Positions 26,670 to 40,200 of a stretch of 64,000 bases of DNA are shown piece by piece. Source of the stretch: Balanoglossus misakiensis (Eukaryota; Animalia; Hemichordata); contig CM082581.2 of assembly GCA_040954595.2 (NCBI GenBank), positions 12,907,921 to 12,971,920 of the forward strand, written 5' to 3'. The notes under the pieces are model-generated. The model was not told the origin of the DNA. It saw only the letters and a list, made by a program, of their open reading frames with translations, and made no database searches. Both the position numbers and the translations under genes were made by a program. Numbering within the stretch: position 1 is the first letter of the stretch; the number at the start of each line of letters is the position of its first letter.

Positions 26670-28814
26670 CCATCGAAGATGACTCAGGGAAAAATAATGC
26701 CTATGGAATAACATGGCTTTCTTTGATTCCGAACATTTCGACAAATACAATTCGATCCAAAATTGCCAATAAACTTTGACGGGTAGGCAATATAAAATTG
26801 TCACGCTCTTCACGAAGACGTTTGACGTTAATCACGAAGCTACAAACACGTCCTGAGTCGTCAATATGTTATGGGACCCTTGAATGTTTACTGGCTGAAC
26901 TGTACAAATTGGCTCATTTGCATCACTACTTGTTGAAAATGTTCATTACCATATTTTAAAGGGGCAATAACATGAAACAGATATGTTGCTTACCTGGGGC
27001 ACTTTCAAGGAAATACGACGGCTAATTTTTCACCAGAAATTCTTTAAATCCAAGAATTTAGCTAAATGAAGATCTTGACTACCTTTTACCACAGGTTTAG
27101 GATATAAAACACATATATTGTTAGCTTGTTCTTTTGGTAAAAATAAACTCAGTTAAAGTGGGTACAAAAAGACCTTACAAAACGGCCGATAGTGTACATG
27201 AATGATTCGTATTTGCAAAGAAAGATTGAATAGCAATTCACTCGATAGTTCACTTAGTCCAATTTAAACACCGGCATCACTCAGTTAAATTTATTCTTTG
27301 AGCAGAGTAAACTGTAAATTACCGGTGCGAGATGAAATTTTCGCAAAGTACATGTAAGCGCCAGCTCCGACCAAATATGTCGTTATTGCGCTGGGGATTG
27401 GTTAAATTTGTCCACCTAATATCCAGGTAATATCATGCCGATGATTGTCATGTGCGATAGAAGCATCTGTCTTCCGGCTAATTGTGAACCCTTTTCCCCC
27501 CGCATGGGATATCGTTGTGAAAATAGTTTTGATTGATGAGCACCGTTTTCAATATCTGTGCACATTTTCTGTTGAAAGTTTAATGACCCGCAGTTGATCT
27601 GCTATTTATAGCTTCAAGGAAAGACTAGATGCAACTGAACTAAGTACAGGTGTGTGTTTAGTCAAGGTGAAGGAGTTTCTCCAAGTCTTGTTTTGATAGA
27701 CTTTGGCATATATTGCAGTTTTTTTTTAAAAAGATCTTCGAAATTCTGATCAACTTCTGATTAAGTTCCAATATCATCTCTCAGTATCTCATATTGGTCT
27801 CGCTTGGCGTAAGGATCTCTCAGAAAGGACATTGTAAACAGTCTGCGTAAACTATGACCGATGGGGAGCTGGCATTGCACAGATCCCAAACTGAGATAAA
27901 CCACGCTTCTTGAATATTTTCACCCAGTTTGATAATACGTCACAATGATATTGACACAAGATAGCAATGCACACAACCGGCATAAAATTTTCCTGCCATC
28001 GTGGCCGAGCGTGAAGTGGATATGATTGAACCAGTTTACGTCATCGCCTTGCGTGTGTTAATGAAACATGCAAGTGCGCGTATGTAAAGGCCGAATTTTG
28101 GAACGTTATATTTTTGGTATCTTGATTCCTTTAACGCAAATGCTTCAGAAGAGTAAATTTTAAAGTCACTCTCCATAGAAGTGATTTCCATAAAAAAATC
28201 TTTCTGTTGCCAGTCACGACTTCACATTCCCCCATGGCAACATGACTTACTCTATAAACCAGAAAATTCACAATTTTCTCCTAAGAACCAGACAGCCTTG
28301 CGGTCGGCGCCATTACACGCTGGTTCTTCGTGATGGAATACGACCTCAGTTATTGAATTGACGGACACACATTGGGGAAAGCGCATGGATCCAGTGTGTT
28401 TCGGGGGTGTACTTATGGGAGTCTGATGAAGACAACAGTACCATGCTAACTAATAAAGGCAAGATCAAAAGAGTATACCACAGTAATATTCTGAAACGCA
28501 GGGAAAAAGGAAATTCCTTTTCATCACAAGCATTTCACGTTCTGTTGATGAAGTATGTCAACAAAAACTTTTCGGGCGACTTTAACAATCCACCAGAAGT
28601 TTAGCACCAAGTCACTTTTTCATACTCAAAAACCTAACATAATTACTTTTTAAGTTTTTTTCTGGGACCAGGAACCCATTTTGTACACTATGAATCTTGG
28701 GTTGTCAATTTGAATAGCGTCTCTACCTTCACGCATAGTTTCTTACATATTTGAGTATTCAGAATTGGTTTTATCATTGCATCTTCAGATACATTGAAAG
28801 TTATATTGGATGGA

Positions 28815-28985
28815 TAAGAAATGGCGGCAGAAATTGTGGGCGTGCGTCTGTTTTGTCGTCTGCTCATGCAGCGCCTTCATAAAAATGGCGCGATATCAGC
28901 TTTCACCGTGAGGATAGCACTCTCTTTTTGAGTGATGCTCGTGCCCAACAAGCCATAGCCCGTGGCACTTCGGCGCACCGACACA
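28815..28985. promoter_or_regulatory. Promoter-like CpG-rich patch with two YY1-type motifs
   Basis: aaatggcggc (28819-28) and aaaatggcgc (28882-91) match the YY1 core AANATGGCG. Also gtgggcgtg and gtcgtctgct; CpG is locally dense. Confidence 0.3.
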
Positions 28986-29466
28986 TTATTGCATTCTGCC
29001 TACCTAACACAAAGGTCGAATGGTTTATACAGTCCTAATGGGCATGGAAGAATAATATTGAGTGTATGTGAATGACGCCACTGCCTCCCCATTTACGTTC
29101 ACCTGCAGCTATACGTTGAAAACAAGCCACCACAACACTGTTAATTTAGCCCCGGGACAACTACCGGCATGATAACATGGCACGTCCGATTCATGAGGAA
29201 AATTACAACAGCTGTCCGCACGCTACCTGTAAGTAAGAAACACGCCACGACAGATGTTGGTTGTTGGAGAAAGCTTTTTTTTCACTTCGAGGTCTCGTGG
29301 AGAATTCCCAGGGCAGTGTTCATTTCATTACTGACTTAATTGACGAACGATTACAACGAAACCCAGGCGAGCGATTCATTTAATTGAGAGCGTTGACAAA
29401 TAACTCGGGGGTATATTTTAAGGAACATGTACAGTGAGGCGCAGGTACATGTAGTACGTACACTCA

Positions 29467-29760
29467 GGAGGCTTTCAGTTGTAACGGGAGGGATGGGCCG
29501 ATGAATTTTGAGTGTCAGTCGTGACCTCCCCGATGGCGTGTTACTAGAATGCGACGGTCACCCAGTCCTTGTTTGTAAAATGTGATCCTCCCTTAGGGGC
29601 TTAAGGTTAATTTTGATTGATATTCTCTACTTGGTCTGATCATATCAAATGTTCCCATGTCTACAAATTGTTCAAGACCGGTTCTTTGTGGACTTCACTC
29701 ATTGGCACTTGCTTCTCCCGCATTTCTCCGGCCCATCCCTCGTTATTACTAAAAGTTCCC
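29467..29760. mobile_element. ~294-bp MITE, PIF/Harbinger (Tourist)-like
   Basis: Perfect 13-bp inverted core gagggatgggccg (29488-500) / cggcccatccctc (29729-41) inside ~35-40-bp imperfect TIRs. Flanks are TCA (29464-66) and TTA (29761-63), consistent with a decayed 3-bp TSD. Confidence 0.7.
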
Positions 29761-31378
29761 TTAATGAGAAGCGTCTTATCAGTTTCTTTACAGTAAGAGA
29801 AAAGAGATCATAGCTAGCTATCTTTATGTGGGTGTGTTTGTTGATCGTGCATCTAGAATCCTGCCAACGCAGATGGATGAGTTGAGTTTTTGATTGGGGT
29901 AAGAATGAAACTCTGAACGCATACATCACAATGTCAGTCCTCTGATAAGATCCATTATCTTTTTTGGCTCTGCACTTTTGTGACCCCTACGTCTTTGATG
30001 AATTGATCCGTTTCATAAATGTACATCACTTGTTAAACACCTATGGAAAATCATTTCCCTCTCTACATTCAACTCACCACCACTTTCAAATGTCGAATAC
30101 CTTTCCTTTCAAGTAGCCTTTCTTTTAAACCTTTTTCGCAGGGCGAAAACACAGTGCTTCAATATAATCTGTTGCTGCCACAGTGTAAATGGTGAAAATC
30201 TCCCAAATATAAGATACGAGGTAATGGCGAATAAGCGTGTTAATGACTAATAAACTCTTGTTATTCAGTCTTGAAAACGTCAGCCTTGATTAGTAATTTA
30301 TTCCTGAATACTGGAAGTTATTGGCTATATAATGTCTTTTAGCCGTTTGTGTTGTAAATGTCGTCTTTAAAATCTTTTCCATACAATATCATTTATCCCA
30401 GTGCCACAGACACTTGAATTGCACGTATAGCAATGTATATAGGCACTAAGCTGTGCTCTGTACAATAAAGCAATTTTTATGGAATCCTAACAAGCATTTC
30501 TTCAGTGGTAATTTATTTTACCAATCACCTAACCTTATTGGTTGAGCTAATCTTTTTCTTCAAAGTTCTGAACCCCACGGGTGTCTACGCAGACGAGTGC
30601 CAGTAAGGTCGTGCCAATCAAATATGAGAGCAGTGCAGCATATAGTTGATTCATTAAACATAAACACAGGTTTGCTTGACTTAACCTTTTCAAGCAATAC
30701 ATGTGAATGACAATGGCGCGCTTTCCATATTCCGATAAGAGCTACGAACAATGTCCACGGTGATAATATGAACATGTAATAGCAGGACATGAAAACCAGT
30801 GATGTTGACACGCGACACCGACCGACCTACACGACGTCAGGGAAAGTAGACGTATGCCCTACTGAACAAATTGCAGCAAGGCAATTAATCTTTATGCCGC
30901 CTTACAAGCAACAGTTCAGAATTTTACGTGATAATCCCGATGTTTACATTTCTCCTCGTTAATAACCTCCCAATATGCTACTTCAGATATCAGCCAGGGA
31001 ACGCGCTTGAATGTATCAGGGAGAATGCTCATAAAATGTTCAGTGGGATAATAAAAAGAAATCTTCCGTTCGCCCGGGATGATTACGATAATTGCATTTT
31101 CGCTGCCAGGGACAAGTTTAAAAGGTACAATTGGCACTGCGCTGAGGCGCGTATGTTTTTTTAAAACTCAAAGAGCGCTTGCAGGCTTCACGTGGCTTCT
31201 ATGGATCAGTCTGATTCTATTTTAGGCTTTGGCGAGTTAAGGAGTCATTTCTTCCGTGATGGGATGTGATTATATAGACAGTTTGAACTACCTCCTGCTA
31301 TTGATCACTGAGAATAGCCCTTTTCCTTCGCTGGTACGGTTATATCCAGTCGCTAGGTCACACCACTCCTTTCCATAG

Positions 31379-31424
31379 GGACCACACCTGCGCTGATACC
31401 AACTCAGTGACGGATCCACAACAG
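31379..31424 (+). other. Candidate 46-nt exon, product unknown
   Basis: Pyrimidine-rich acceptor caccactcctttccatAG (AG at 31377-78) and perfect donor CAG|GTAAGT (GT at 31425-26). One frame is open (DHTCADTNSVTDPQQ). Confidence 0.3.
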
Positions 31425-33503
31425 GTAAGTCACGCTTTATCATGACGGAGTAGGTGTCACTCGTGTGCTCACTGACGATCAACATTCGAACGCGTGTACA
31501 CTGAAAATTATAAGCGTCCACTGTGGACCAAAGATAAAATGCCGCCTCCGCGCAGAAACAATCGCCGATGACATTTACAGCAACGAAAAGTTGCTGGTGG
31601 GCAAGAACACATCATATAGCACAGAGGTCTTTATAATAGCAAGTGAAATGGTAAGAACTGCACCCTGCAGAAAAAAACAGGCCAACGATGGCTATAGGCA
31701 AACACAACGCAGAAATATGAGAGTAATTGAAGGTACAGGTATTGGATTCGACAAACCTTGGAACCTGTAAACCAAAGTTCAAATGAAAGCCATTTGCTTT
31801 GAAATGTCTGAAAAAATTGACCAAAATGATGGTACAATTTACCACCAAAATGCAATTTCATTTTGTCACCATAATAATCACAACCTTAAGTCCATGCATA
31901 GCAAATCGACAAAACACAGTATTGTTGCAGAAAATACCATGTTGTCAAGCGATATTGATTGATTTTGCCTTCTTCCTATCTGCGTGTAAATGCTATATAA
32001 CTGAGGATATTCGGAACAGCTTTGCAAACTTCTAGCTGGTTAATTAATCATGGATTTGCTTGTCAATAAATTTACCAACCAGCGTGTGGATTCGGGTACG
32101 GTCGTAATTTAACGAGGCATGCCAAGTAATAGTCCAACGGAGTCCCTTGTCGTCGAGTTAGAATCCGTCGTAATTTTATCAACCATTTAATCGATGTTCC
32201 GCATCCCTATTTTCAAGTCAACATTTCAAAAACCCTGCGGTCGTGTTTCGCAGTGAACGTAAGTCCGGTCGTTTATTACCCACTACTCTGAAATGCAAAG
32301 ATTTCGTAAAGGGCACATTAGAACGCCTCACTTAACATTCATGGCACGCCAGAACCATATATCACTGCATCGCTTGGAATGCCAATAATCGTAACTGCTA
32401 TAATACGAAGCCCTGTGAACGTCTGTCAACTGTCAGGATGACACAGATTCAGAAGTCAATCTTCAGAGATGAAAAAGGGGAAAATACGCTGCTATAGCAC
32501 TTGCCAATTACTGTGATTTAATGAACCTATAGGTGAAGGACAAAAGCATCCAGGAGTAAAAGAGTATATCTCCGCTCCGTTCATCAGCTTGTGCTTATCA
32601 ATCAGCCTAACCAAGATGTGCTAGTCCTTGATTTCCACCTAAAAATAACCCATGGGGGGAGTCAGAAACTTCCAGAATGTAGAACGTCTGTGTCGAGCTC
32701 AAGTGAGGGTTAATATCATGGATAGTGCTGTGCGGTGATCACTTTCATCAACTGGTCTTTACGACAAATTGCTGAAAGGATGTCCTGCTGACTTTATAAA
32801 TGCTTCATAAGTGGCCACCCATGAGTACCGAGTCTTGTATGAATGCTGGAATTTACTTAACGCAATAGTGCAAAGTAGGAACATGAAGGATGGGTCGAGA
32901 GTCAGACATGCTGACAGACAAACTGCAGCCAGCCATGCAGAGAGCCAGTTCTTCAAACGTAGCCAAAGTCTATGCTCCTTCGTAGAATACTAGAAAACTT
33001 TCTTTGGAAAGACCCCATTCCCAAGTTTCCATGAAAACAATACGTCATCATGTTGTTGGTTTTTGACACAGCTAATAAAAATGCATACACATACCTATAA
33101 ATATTCAAATATAAACAGATTCACCAGATTGACACTCAGTTTCGTTTTCTAAAGTAAACGTTTCTCGTGTTGCGTATCTCAACATTTACCGATCATAATC
33201 GAATTGGAGCGAGTCTTTGTTGACTTAGATGTGCCACTTCATTAACCTAGTTTCCTGGGGGGAAAAGGCTATTGAAAAAAACTATTATGATTTCCATGAA
33301 CCTTACTATCGAACTGCAGGAGTCTACAAACAAAACTTGATTGTTAAGTGGCTCCTTGAATCATGTTGAAAGCAACCGCTGACTGTGCATAATCAAATGA
33401 AATGCTGACTGCCTTTTAAGTCGAAAGTGCACTTGAATGCCCCTATCAATGTCAAGGTAACAGAGGAGTCATCCTCAGGCGTTCAAATGACGTCAAAGTC
33501 TTA

Positions 33504-33535
33504 GGGACTGTTCAATTTTAACTGGGGAGGGTTGG
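33504..33535 (+). mobile_element. Orphan TIR of the 29467 MITE family
   Basis: tta|gggactgttcaattttaactggggagggttgg resembles the 29467 left TIR (ttcagttgtaacgggagggatgg). Preceded by TTA. I found no partner TIR nearby. Confidence 0.45.
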
Positions 33536-36500
33536 AGCGTAGAGGGATGGATTGCATATACCTGACGTTATGGATGCATGCATGCGCAGTCATTCGCGCA
33601 GCATCACGTTTGAGCTTTTCATACGAACGAGGTCATCAGTGAATATATTTGGAACTACCATCTGGAATGTCACAATACATCATGTATGCATGCTCAAAAT
33701 GTTATAAGAGTCGTCGCCAATAAAGTACAGATGCGACAGATGCAGATAGGAGCGAGTGTCTTCTCCTGTCACGAAGCAAACGCAATGAGGTTGAACATTA
33801 TCCGTGTAGCGTCAATATTTGGAAATAAATGAAACCTGACAACTATACTATTTGGAACATTCCATTTCACAAAAAGACAGTGATTTGTGACATTAGAAGC
33901 ATCCACATTCTACATTGGTGTTTACAGAACAATGTGCAATAGCAAAACAACGACAAGAATTTGGTCGGAATACTATGCCAACTATTTTTCTCCAGGGTCT
34001 TGGAAGTTGAAAGCGCGAGAAAGTAAGCTCAGTTCGCCTCAGATGACCCTGTGTGGAACTTCACAGGTGGCTTTCTGTCTAGTTACCGTGTGTTGATTCA
34101 GGATAAAACAATACTTTAGCTGGTATGCTGTACGTGTCATGTTTACACATGATCTCATTAATGTAGCAGCAATTTTTTGATAATTAAGGTGCTAACTTAA
34201 CAATGCCATTGCTTTGGGGTCACCTTAAGAGAAAAATATGATAATACAAACAAGATGGATGAGGAACACGTATTTTTTCAAACTCACGGACGAATGCTCA
34301 CCCGGCAAAATGTTGTTGTATTCGCTACAGGCCATCGATCATATCGATATTTTAAGATAACATGCACATTGTAAGTCTGTATTCGTTAGATACTGAGTAC
34401 GCTTTACGAGTTCGATGGCCTGGTGGGCTGAGGGTAGAAGCAGGTCAAACTAGCGAAGCATGGCGGTTTAATTTGGCGTCTGTCTCTCTTGCGCGCCTGT
34501 TTTCAAAGACAATTGCATCTTTTTGCAAGCGTATTCATGTCACAACAACTATCGACGTTTCTATGACACCTTTTGTAGATGTATGTTTGCTTATGGAAAC
34601 CACGTCGCAGGAATACAAAAGATAAAGCATAAATGTTGACCTGTCTCAATCGTAATTAAAATTGAGAATTCAGCACGCTTTATTAAATTCTACTGTAGGG
34701 GCAATTCCATGAGAGATAACGTCGTCAGCTTATATTGGCACATTGATAAATCATTCGTCTCGCCTGTATCTATAAATAATTTAAAAGCTTAACTGTTAGG
34801 GCGGGGCCCATTATTCTAACTATACTGGTACCTATATATATACGGTATATAAATATATACATACATGTATGTATTACCTAAGCCAAACTTTATGTAAAAT
34901 GGTATGACAGGAAAATTTGTGCATGGATCTGTACTAAAAAATGATGATGGCTGTATTAGTAACCATGCGTGAATTAACATCATCGAACCATCTATGCAGA
35001 ATTGTGGCAATGCAGCTATATATCAACGAATGAACATGGAAGATTCAAGCATATCTTGTCACTAACAGATATCAAAATTTAACAGCCATCTTCCGAACCT
35101 TTTACTTAGTAGACATCAGAACATATCAAAGTTTATTTTGATAAATGTTCCACCAGGCATGTACCACGATAGCTTATAGCACCTGTTTAACGACCCGTAA
35201 AAGTGTGTTTCTGGTCTGCCAGTTTATGTCATACGATACTCCTAGACAGGGAAAGACATGCTAATCAGATTCCAAAGCCTGCGAATACATCTTACGGCAG
35301 TGAGGCGAGCTATTCAGCGCTTTAAAAGTTATCAGCACAGTTGCGTTGGCACACGTCGGAAAAGACTGTTAAAAAGATGGCTTCACCATGGGGACAAGTC
35401 GTCATGATTACCAACACTGACTCAGCTCTGCTTACTGAAGCGAGAGTTATAAGATAACAATATATAATACAGTCGGGTGACGAAATGACTCAAATTCGCT
35501 ACCTGTATTTATAATTGCATCCTTCATTGCAAGAATTATACAGCATGTACACGTATTACCTTTGTTAGGGTACTATTGAAATGTTGGCCTGGAACGCCCA
35601 CATTCCATTAGATGTAACCGTGAATTTCATCATGTATTTAGTTCGGAGTGCTCACCTTACGAACTCAGCTCTTATCAAACCTATTTTTGTAGAAATGCTG
35701 CAAAATATCAAAGTACATGTGTCTAGCATGGCCTAGATAACCATGGATGTCTTACTCATGAAGTGTTGTAGTTCAGAAAAAGATGAGAATGGTGGTTTTG
35801 TAAGTGGCGGCTTATTTGTGTTTAGCGCACGTGTGACGTAAACCTCATCCACTCGTGTGCGTCGGCAGGAAATGATGTATTGACATACTTTCAGTTTAAG
35901 AACTGAAGTACTAGGGATGGGAAATTGACTATGGAAAACATAGAGTTACTTTCAAACTTGCCTGCACCCACCCATCCAAACAATGCATTTGGGTGTGAAT
36001 TTCGTGAAAGCGCCATATTCGACTATTTTCTTGTGTCTGAACAACTTAAGAGTGGTTGCACTTCTCAGACAGCCATGATTAACACGCATCGGTTGCATTG
36101 TTGTCGTGAACATCACGTTAGCGGTGGCAAACACACCTACTCTGTCGTTGTGAATTCCCCAGGGCGAACTTTAAAATGAATCTGCATACGCTGTACACAC
36201 ATGCCACATTCTCTTGTCTGCATCGACGTGATACGGTTTATACCACACTCCAGACTAACCCACGCACATTCTCTTTGTCTGTGACAACTAAACCTTATTC
36301 ATGACAAGCACGTTTGTAATTTTTTTTGCAATGGTATTGCCGGTGAAAAAAATGGGTTATACAGATGCATTCGATGGATTATATAATTCCAAGCTGTATT
36401 CCGCATTGGGGTGAATAAGCTTTCATGAATGGTGCTGAATAATAGGAATGCAGTTTAAATGTCACTGCAGAATAGAATTTCAAATCCAAAAGGGCGGGAT

Positions 36501-36852
36501 TATGGGTGGATTTACCTTTTTGTGTGTGAAGGTATCACATTGATCGCTTATTCTGAGAATTTGAGAGAAGCCTGTTTGGCCTAAATAACATCATTACTAT
36601 CAAAAATTATAATTGATAGCGACCTCGGGTATAGCTGAGGCATCTCTCTGTTTTTTTCTTGTTGTTTTTTCAAAAATTATTATCGCAAGATGAAAATATA
36701 AGGCCTCTGAGGTCATGGCAGCATTGACATTCCAAATGGTAATTCCATCAAAGACGTAATGACTTGTTTAATTTACCGGAGCATAGAGAAATCAAATACG
36801 CAATCGTCCAGAAAAAGTCATTAGAATTACTCAATCATCAAATGATGGAATT

Positions 36853-37215
36853 TTGAATCTCGTGGCTTTGGTTAGCATGTATTCATTGAATTGCACTGAA
36901 TATCGCTGCCTTCGCATGAAAATAGCTTTTAGAGTGTCAAAATTACTCTTTCAGCTCAACACACTCACAGTAGAGAATACATCTGGTCATAAGAATCCAT
37001 GCGTGGGTTCTGTGGATGCTACGTCCATTCAATCGTACACAGACAAAAATGTTATTGAATGGAGAGGGAAAAAACATAATTACGCTTTACTCGAGTATGA
37101 GAGATTAATTTCACGATTGGACGTGTGTGAGAAACAACCAATTGGACTTTGCTCAGATCCATATTGTGAAACACATTTATTTCCAATAAGCAAATATGTG
37201 TATGGAACTATCGGT
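36853..37215 (+). mobile_element. Probable decayed LINE (non-LTR) ORF2 fragment: APE endonuclease C-terminus plus post-endonuclease linker
   Basis: Motifs in the expected order: IAFRVSKLL (cf. IDHFxVSxxL), ENTSGHKNP (cf. NxSDHxP; GGT at 36985-87 is one change from GAT), W-x11-Y, then CSDPYCETH (C-x-D-x2-C-x2-H, 37150-76), which I recall from the linker of invertebrate CR1/L2-group ORF2. Recognised by eye only. Confidence 0.35.
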
Positions 37216-40200
37216 GAGAGAGAGAGAGGTGATGACCACTTGTTCCGTGCAGGAGGGATTGTAGTCTCCTGCGAGGGATCACGTGACTGTTGCGTGCCTC
37301 TTGCGCGGCAGAAATCATTGTATACTCTCAGTTATTACGGCAATTTGTGTCATTTTTCAGATCTCATTCTCAAAACCCGTGAAAACGAACTGAAATCTGT
37401 CTTGGACCATGAACACTAATACATAGAAGTACATGTATAATGCTAAGTACTGCCATATTGCTGAATTCAATTTGGCAATACTATAGTACCGTACATGTAC
37501 GTAGCTGTAGGTGCCTTAGCCAAAAGTAGATCCGGAGTCGGTTACGTTTTCCGACCCGACAATTTCCTGTGAATTTAGATGCATGTAATAATATACAATA
37601 AACAGTATTTTTTATATTCAGCAAAATATTAAAACTTACCATTAAACTATTCACATGGCGATGGGCTGTGTATTCCGGACCTTTGCAATTACTAAAGGGA
37701 CTTCACAGGCTCTGAAGCATTGAAATCTTTTGGCGAATAATGACGTCGACTTCCTCTGAAACAGTAAGAAAGAATGTGTATTGTATGACTGTCAGGATGA
37801 AAATTTGTTTTAATTTAAGGTTTTAATACCAGAGCTATGTCTGGGTACATGACGTTTAATTAATAAAGTTGGGTGACTTTTTGTTACAAAATTAACATGG
37901 CAATAAGCCAAGATTACCTCTGTTTAACTATTCTGTACAGGGAAAGATTTTTGTGGTACGGCGATTATCAGACTGAATGTTAAAAACATGTATACACGAA
38001 TCTTATTACAAACATTCTTTCATGCGTGATGTGTGCTCTGAGGTCGACTGATCTCAGTGTGCGTCGTCTTTTAATTTCCTGCGAAAGTTTACCCAACTTC
38101 GGCGTATACCTATCCCCTGTAATCATCACAGTTGGTTATCCCTACGTTTGGACTACAAATCCCTCCTTTATTAAAAAAAAATGTAGACGTCAAATATGAC
38201 GGCTGGCATCACCCCCAAAATACAAGTCTGCAGTCCCTCAAGGCTATGTGCTAGTCGACGACCTGTGTAGTGAACCCAGCTCGTTCTAACAAACAGCATC
38301 GATCGACGTATGCAATCACAACCTGTTCACACACGCTGGCTCCCCACTAGGTTGTGTTTACTTTTGGCATGCAGAGGCAGTTCAATTTTTTGTCGGTGCC
38401 TTGCCTTATTTTCGGACGCCTAGATTAGAAAAAGGCTAAAATTGTTCAGTTACGTATTACACACATAGGAGTTAAAAGCCCATTCACTGCTAAATTTCAA
38501 CTCCTCAAATTCTCCTTTCTCGAGGGTCATTTATGAACCACATATTAAATCACAGACAGACCGATTTCATTTCCGTTAGCCGGCACTGCCTGAATCTTTG
38601 TCTGAAGTTTCGGAACTTTGCATAGTTGTATGTTACTCTAGATTTCTGTCTATGATAATCGCAATGGTCAAAATGATTTTATCGTGCCGGAATCGCATAT
38701 GTAATTTCCTGTGTGTGGATTGTAATTCGACCTCATTGCAAATACACCCCAAAGTCCCAGACCGCTCAGCAAATATGCTTTCATAAAAACAGAAGTTATT
38801 TGCAGTTATTTCGTGACTGGGAATTTGAAGCTGATATCACACAGTGGCACCATTGACCCGGTTTTCCTGCGCCCTTTTCGGTTGTGCGTCACTAATCACG
38901 TGACAGTGGTGCCCTCATGGGATCTCTCAAGACCTCAAGATCAAGTTAGCGCAGCTAAAACAGACACCTCCACATGACTTCCACATGACCGCTCCTTTAA
39001 TCAAATGTCTCATTTACAGAGAAACCACGTGCGTGTGAAATTACTGTTGATTACTGGAGTCTCAATAGGCTTGGATACCGATTACTCGACACTCATCAAT
39101 TCTTTGAAATCAATTATTCAACCCGGCTTCATTGAAAATTAAAGTGTCCAATACACCTGGGACTGGACTGTCTGCGCCCCTGCGTCTTATCTATTTTACA
39201 TCAATTACAGGTCACCTTGAACTAATGCATGACCTCTAGATACACCTTTTGTTATATGGTAGTTGTCATTTCCGCACCATTTGGTAGCTATCAGATGACT
39301 GAAGTTTACTGGACTCGAAGGTGCAAAGTTGTTCGGTTGGTTAAGAATTTATAGAAAAAATGAAGGAAGTAATGGAGAATGCATATCCCATTAGGTATAT
39401 CCCCTGGCAAGCTTTAACTAATAATATGCGTTACTGTGCCGGGTACAGGTGTTCGTGTTTGCTGCAAAGCACTGTCTAAGAATCAGTGGTACCCGAACAC
39501 CGTAAACCTGCTTATTGTATGTCCTTTTCCCTTTGAGCAAGTGACACTATATATCCCGACAAGATTTCAACCACGCCGTCATTTCTATGCTCTTCCAGGT
39601 GAAATTGATTAATTAAATTAAGGGCAGCTGGCGCTTAAATGTTTGATTCGTTGTAAAGTACAGAAACGTGACTGTCAGATGACTTTCAGACATTCAAGGG
39701 GAATGGAATCATTACAGTCTCAAACGTCGGCAAATGTGAACATGTTACTAGTACTGAAAGCACACACTTTAAAGTATTCTCGTTCGCCACGTTTCCCGGT
39801 CGTGGTTGAGCAACTCGAGACATTAATAAATTATGTTAATTTTAATGTGTCTGATACCCACTTCAAGAGCACGGCATTTTTCACTCCATTCCATCAACAC
39901 GACCAGGCGATGCTTTGTTGGCAAGTGCAGCATTGAAGTCTCTCACTCATTGAGAGGTGAGAAAAATTCTTACTTATAACTTCTACTATAATGTCGTCGC
40001 ATTTGAATTACTGCAATTACTTTGTATGTATTGTTTAGCCTTGTTGAAGTTTTACTGAAATTAGGGAGATCTCCTGAGATACTTGGGCCTGGCTATGACA
40101 GACCACAGACCACTTTTGTCTGATACAGTGACTTAATCTAATAGGATTTAGTTACCGTGAATTGCCATCGTATTAAAGAATGAAACGCATTCTCAGAATT

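Noticed and set aside
26989-26998. CTTACCTGG resembling the U1 snRNA 5' end
   Set aside because: No further U1 similarity; it is simply a minus-strand donor-like motif (CAG|GTAAGC).
28423-28450. CTGATGA core suggestive of a hammerhead ribozyme (also 7373, 23775, 61703 and minus-strand cases such as 48683)
   Set aside because: No stem II followed by GAAA, and no closing stems I/III with an NUH site.
32610-32631. accaagatgtgctagt resembles my recollection of ambulacrarian miR-2011
   Set aside because: Mismatch in the seed, divergent 3' end and no pre-miRNA hairpin in the flanks.
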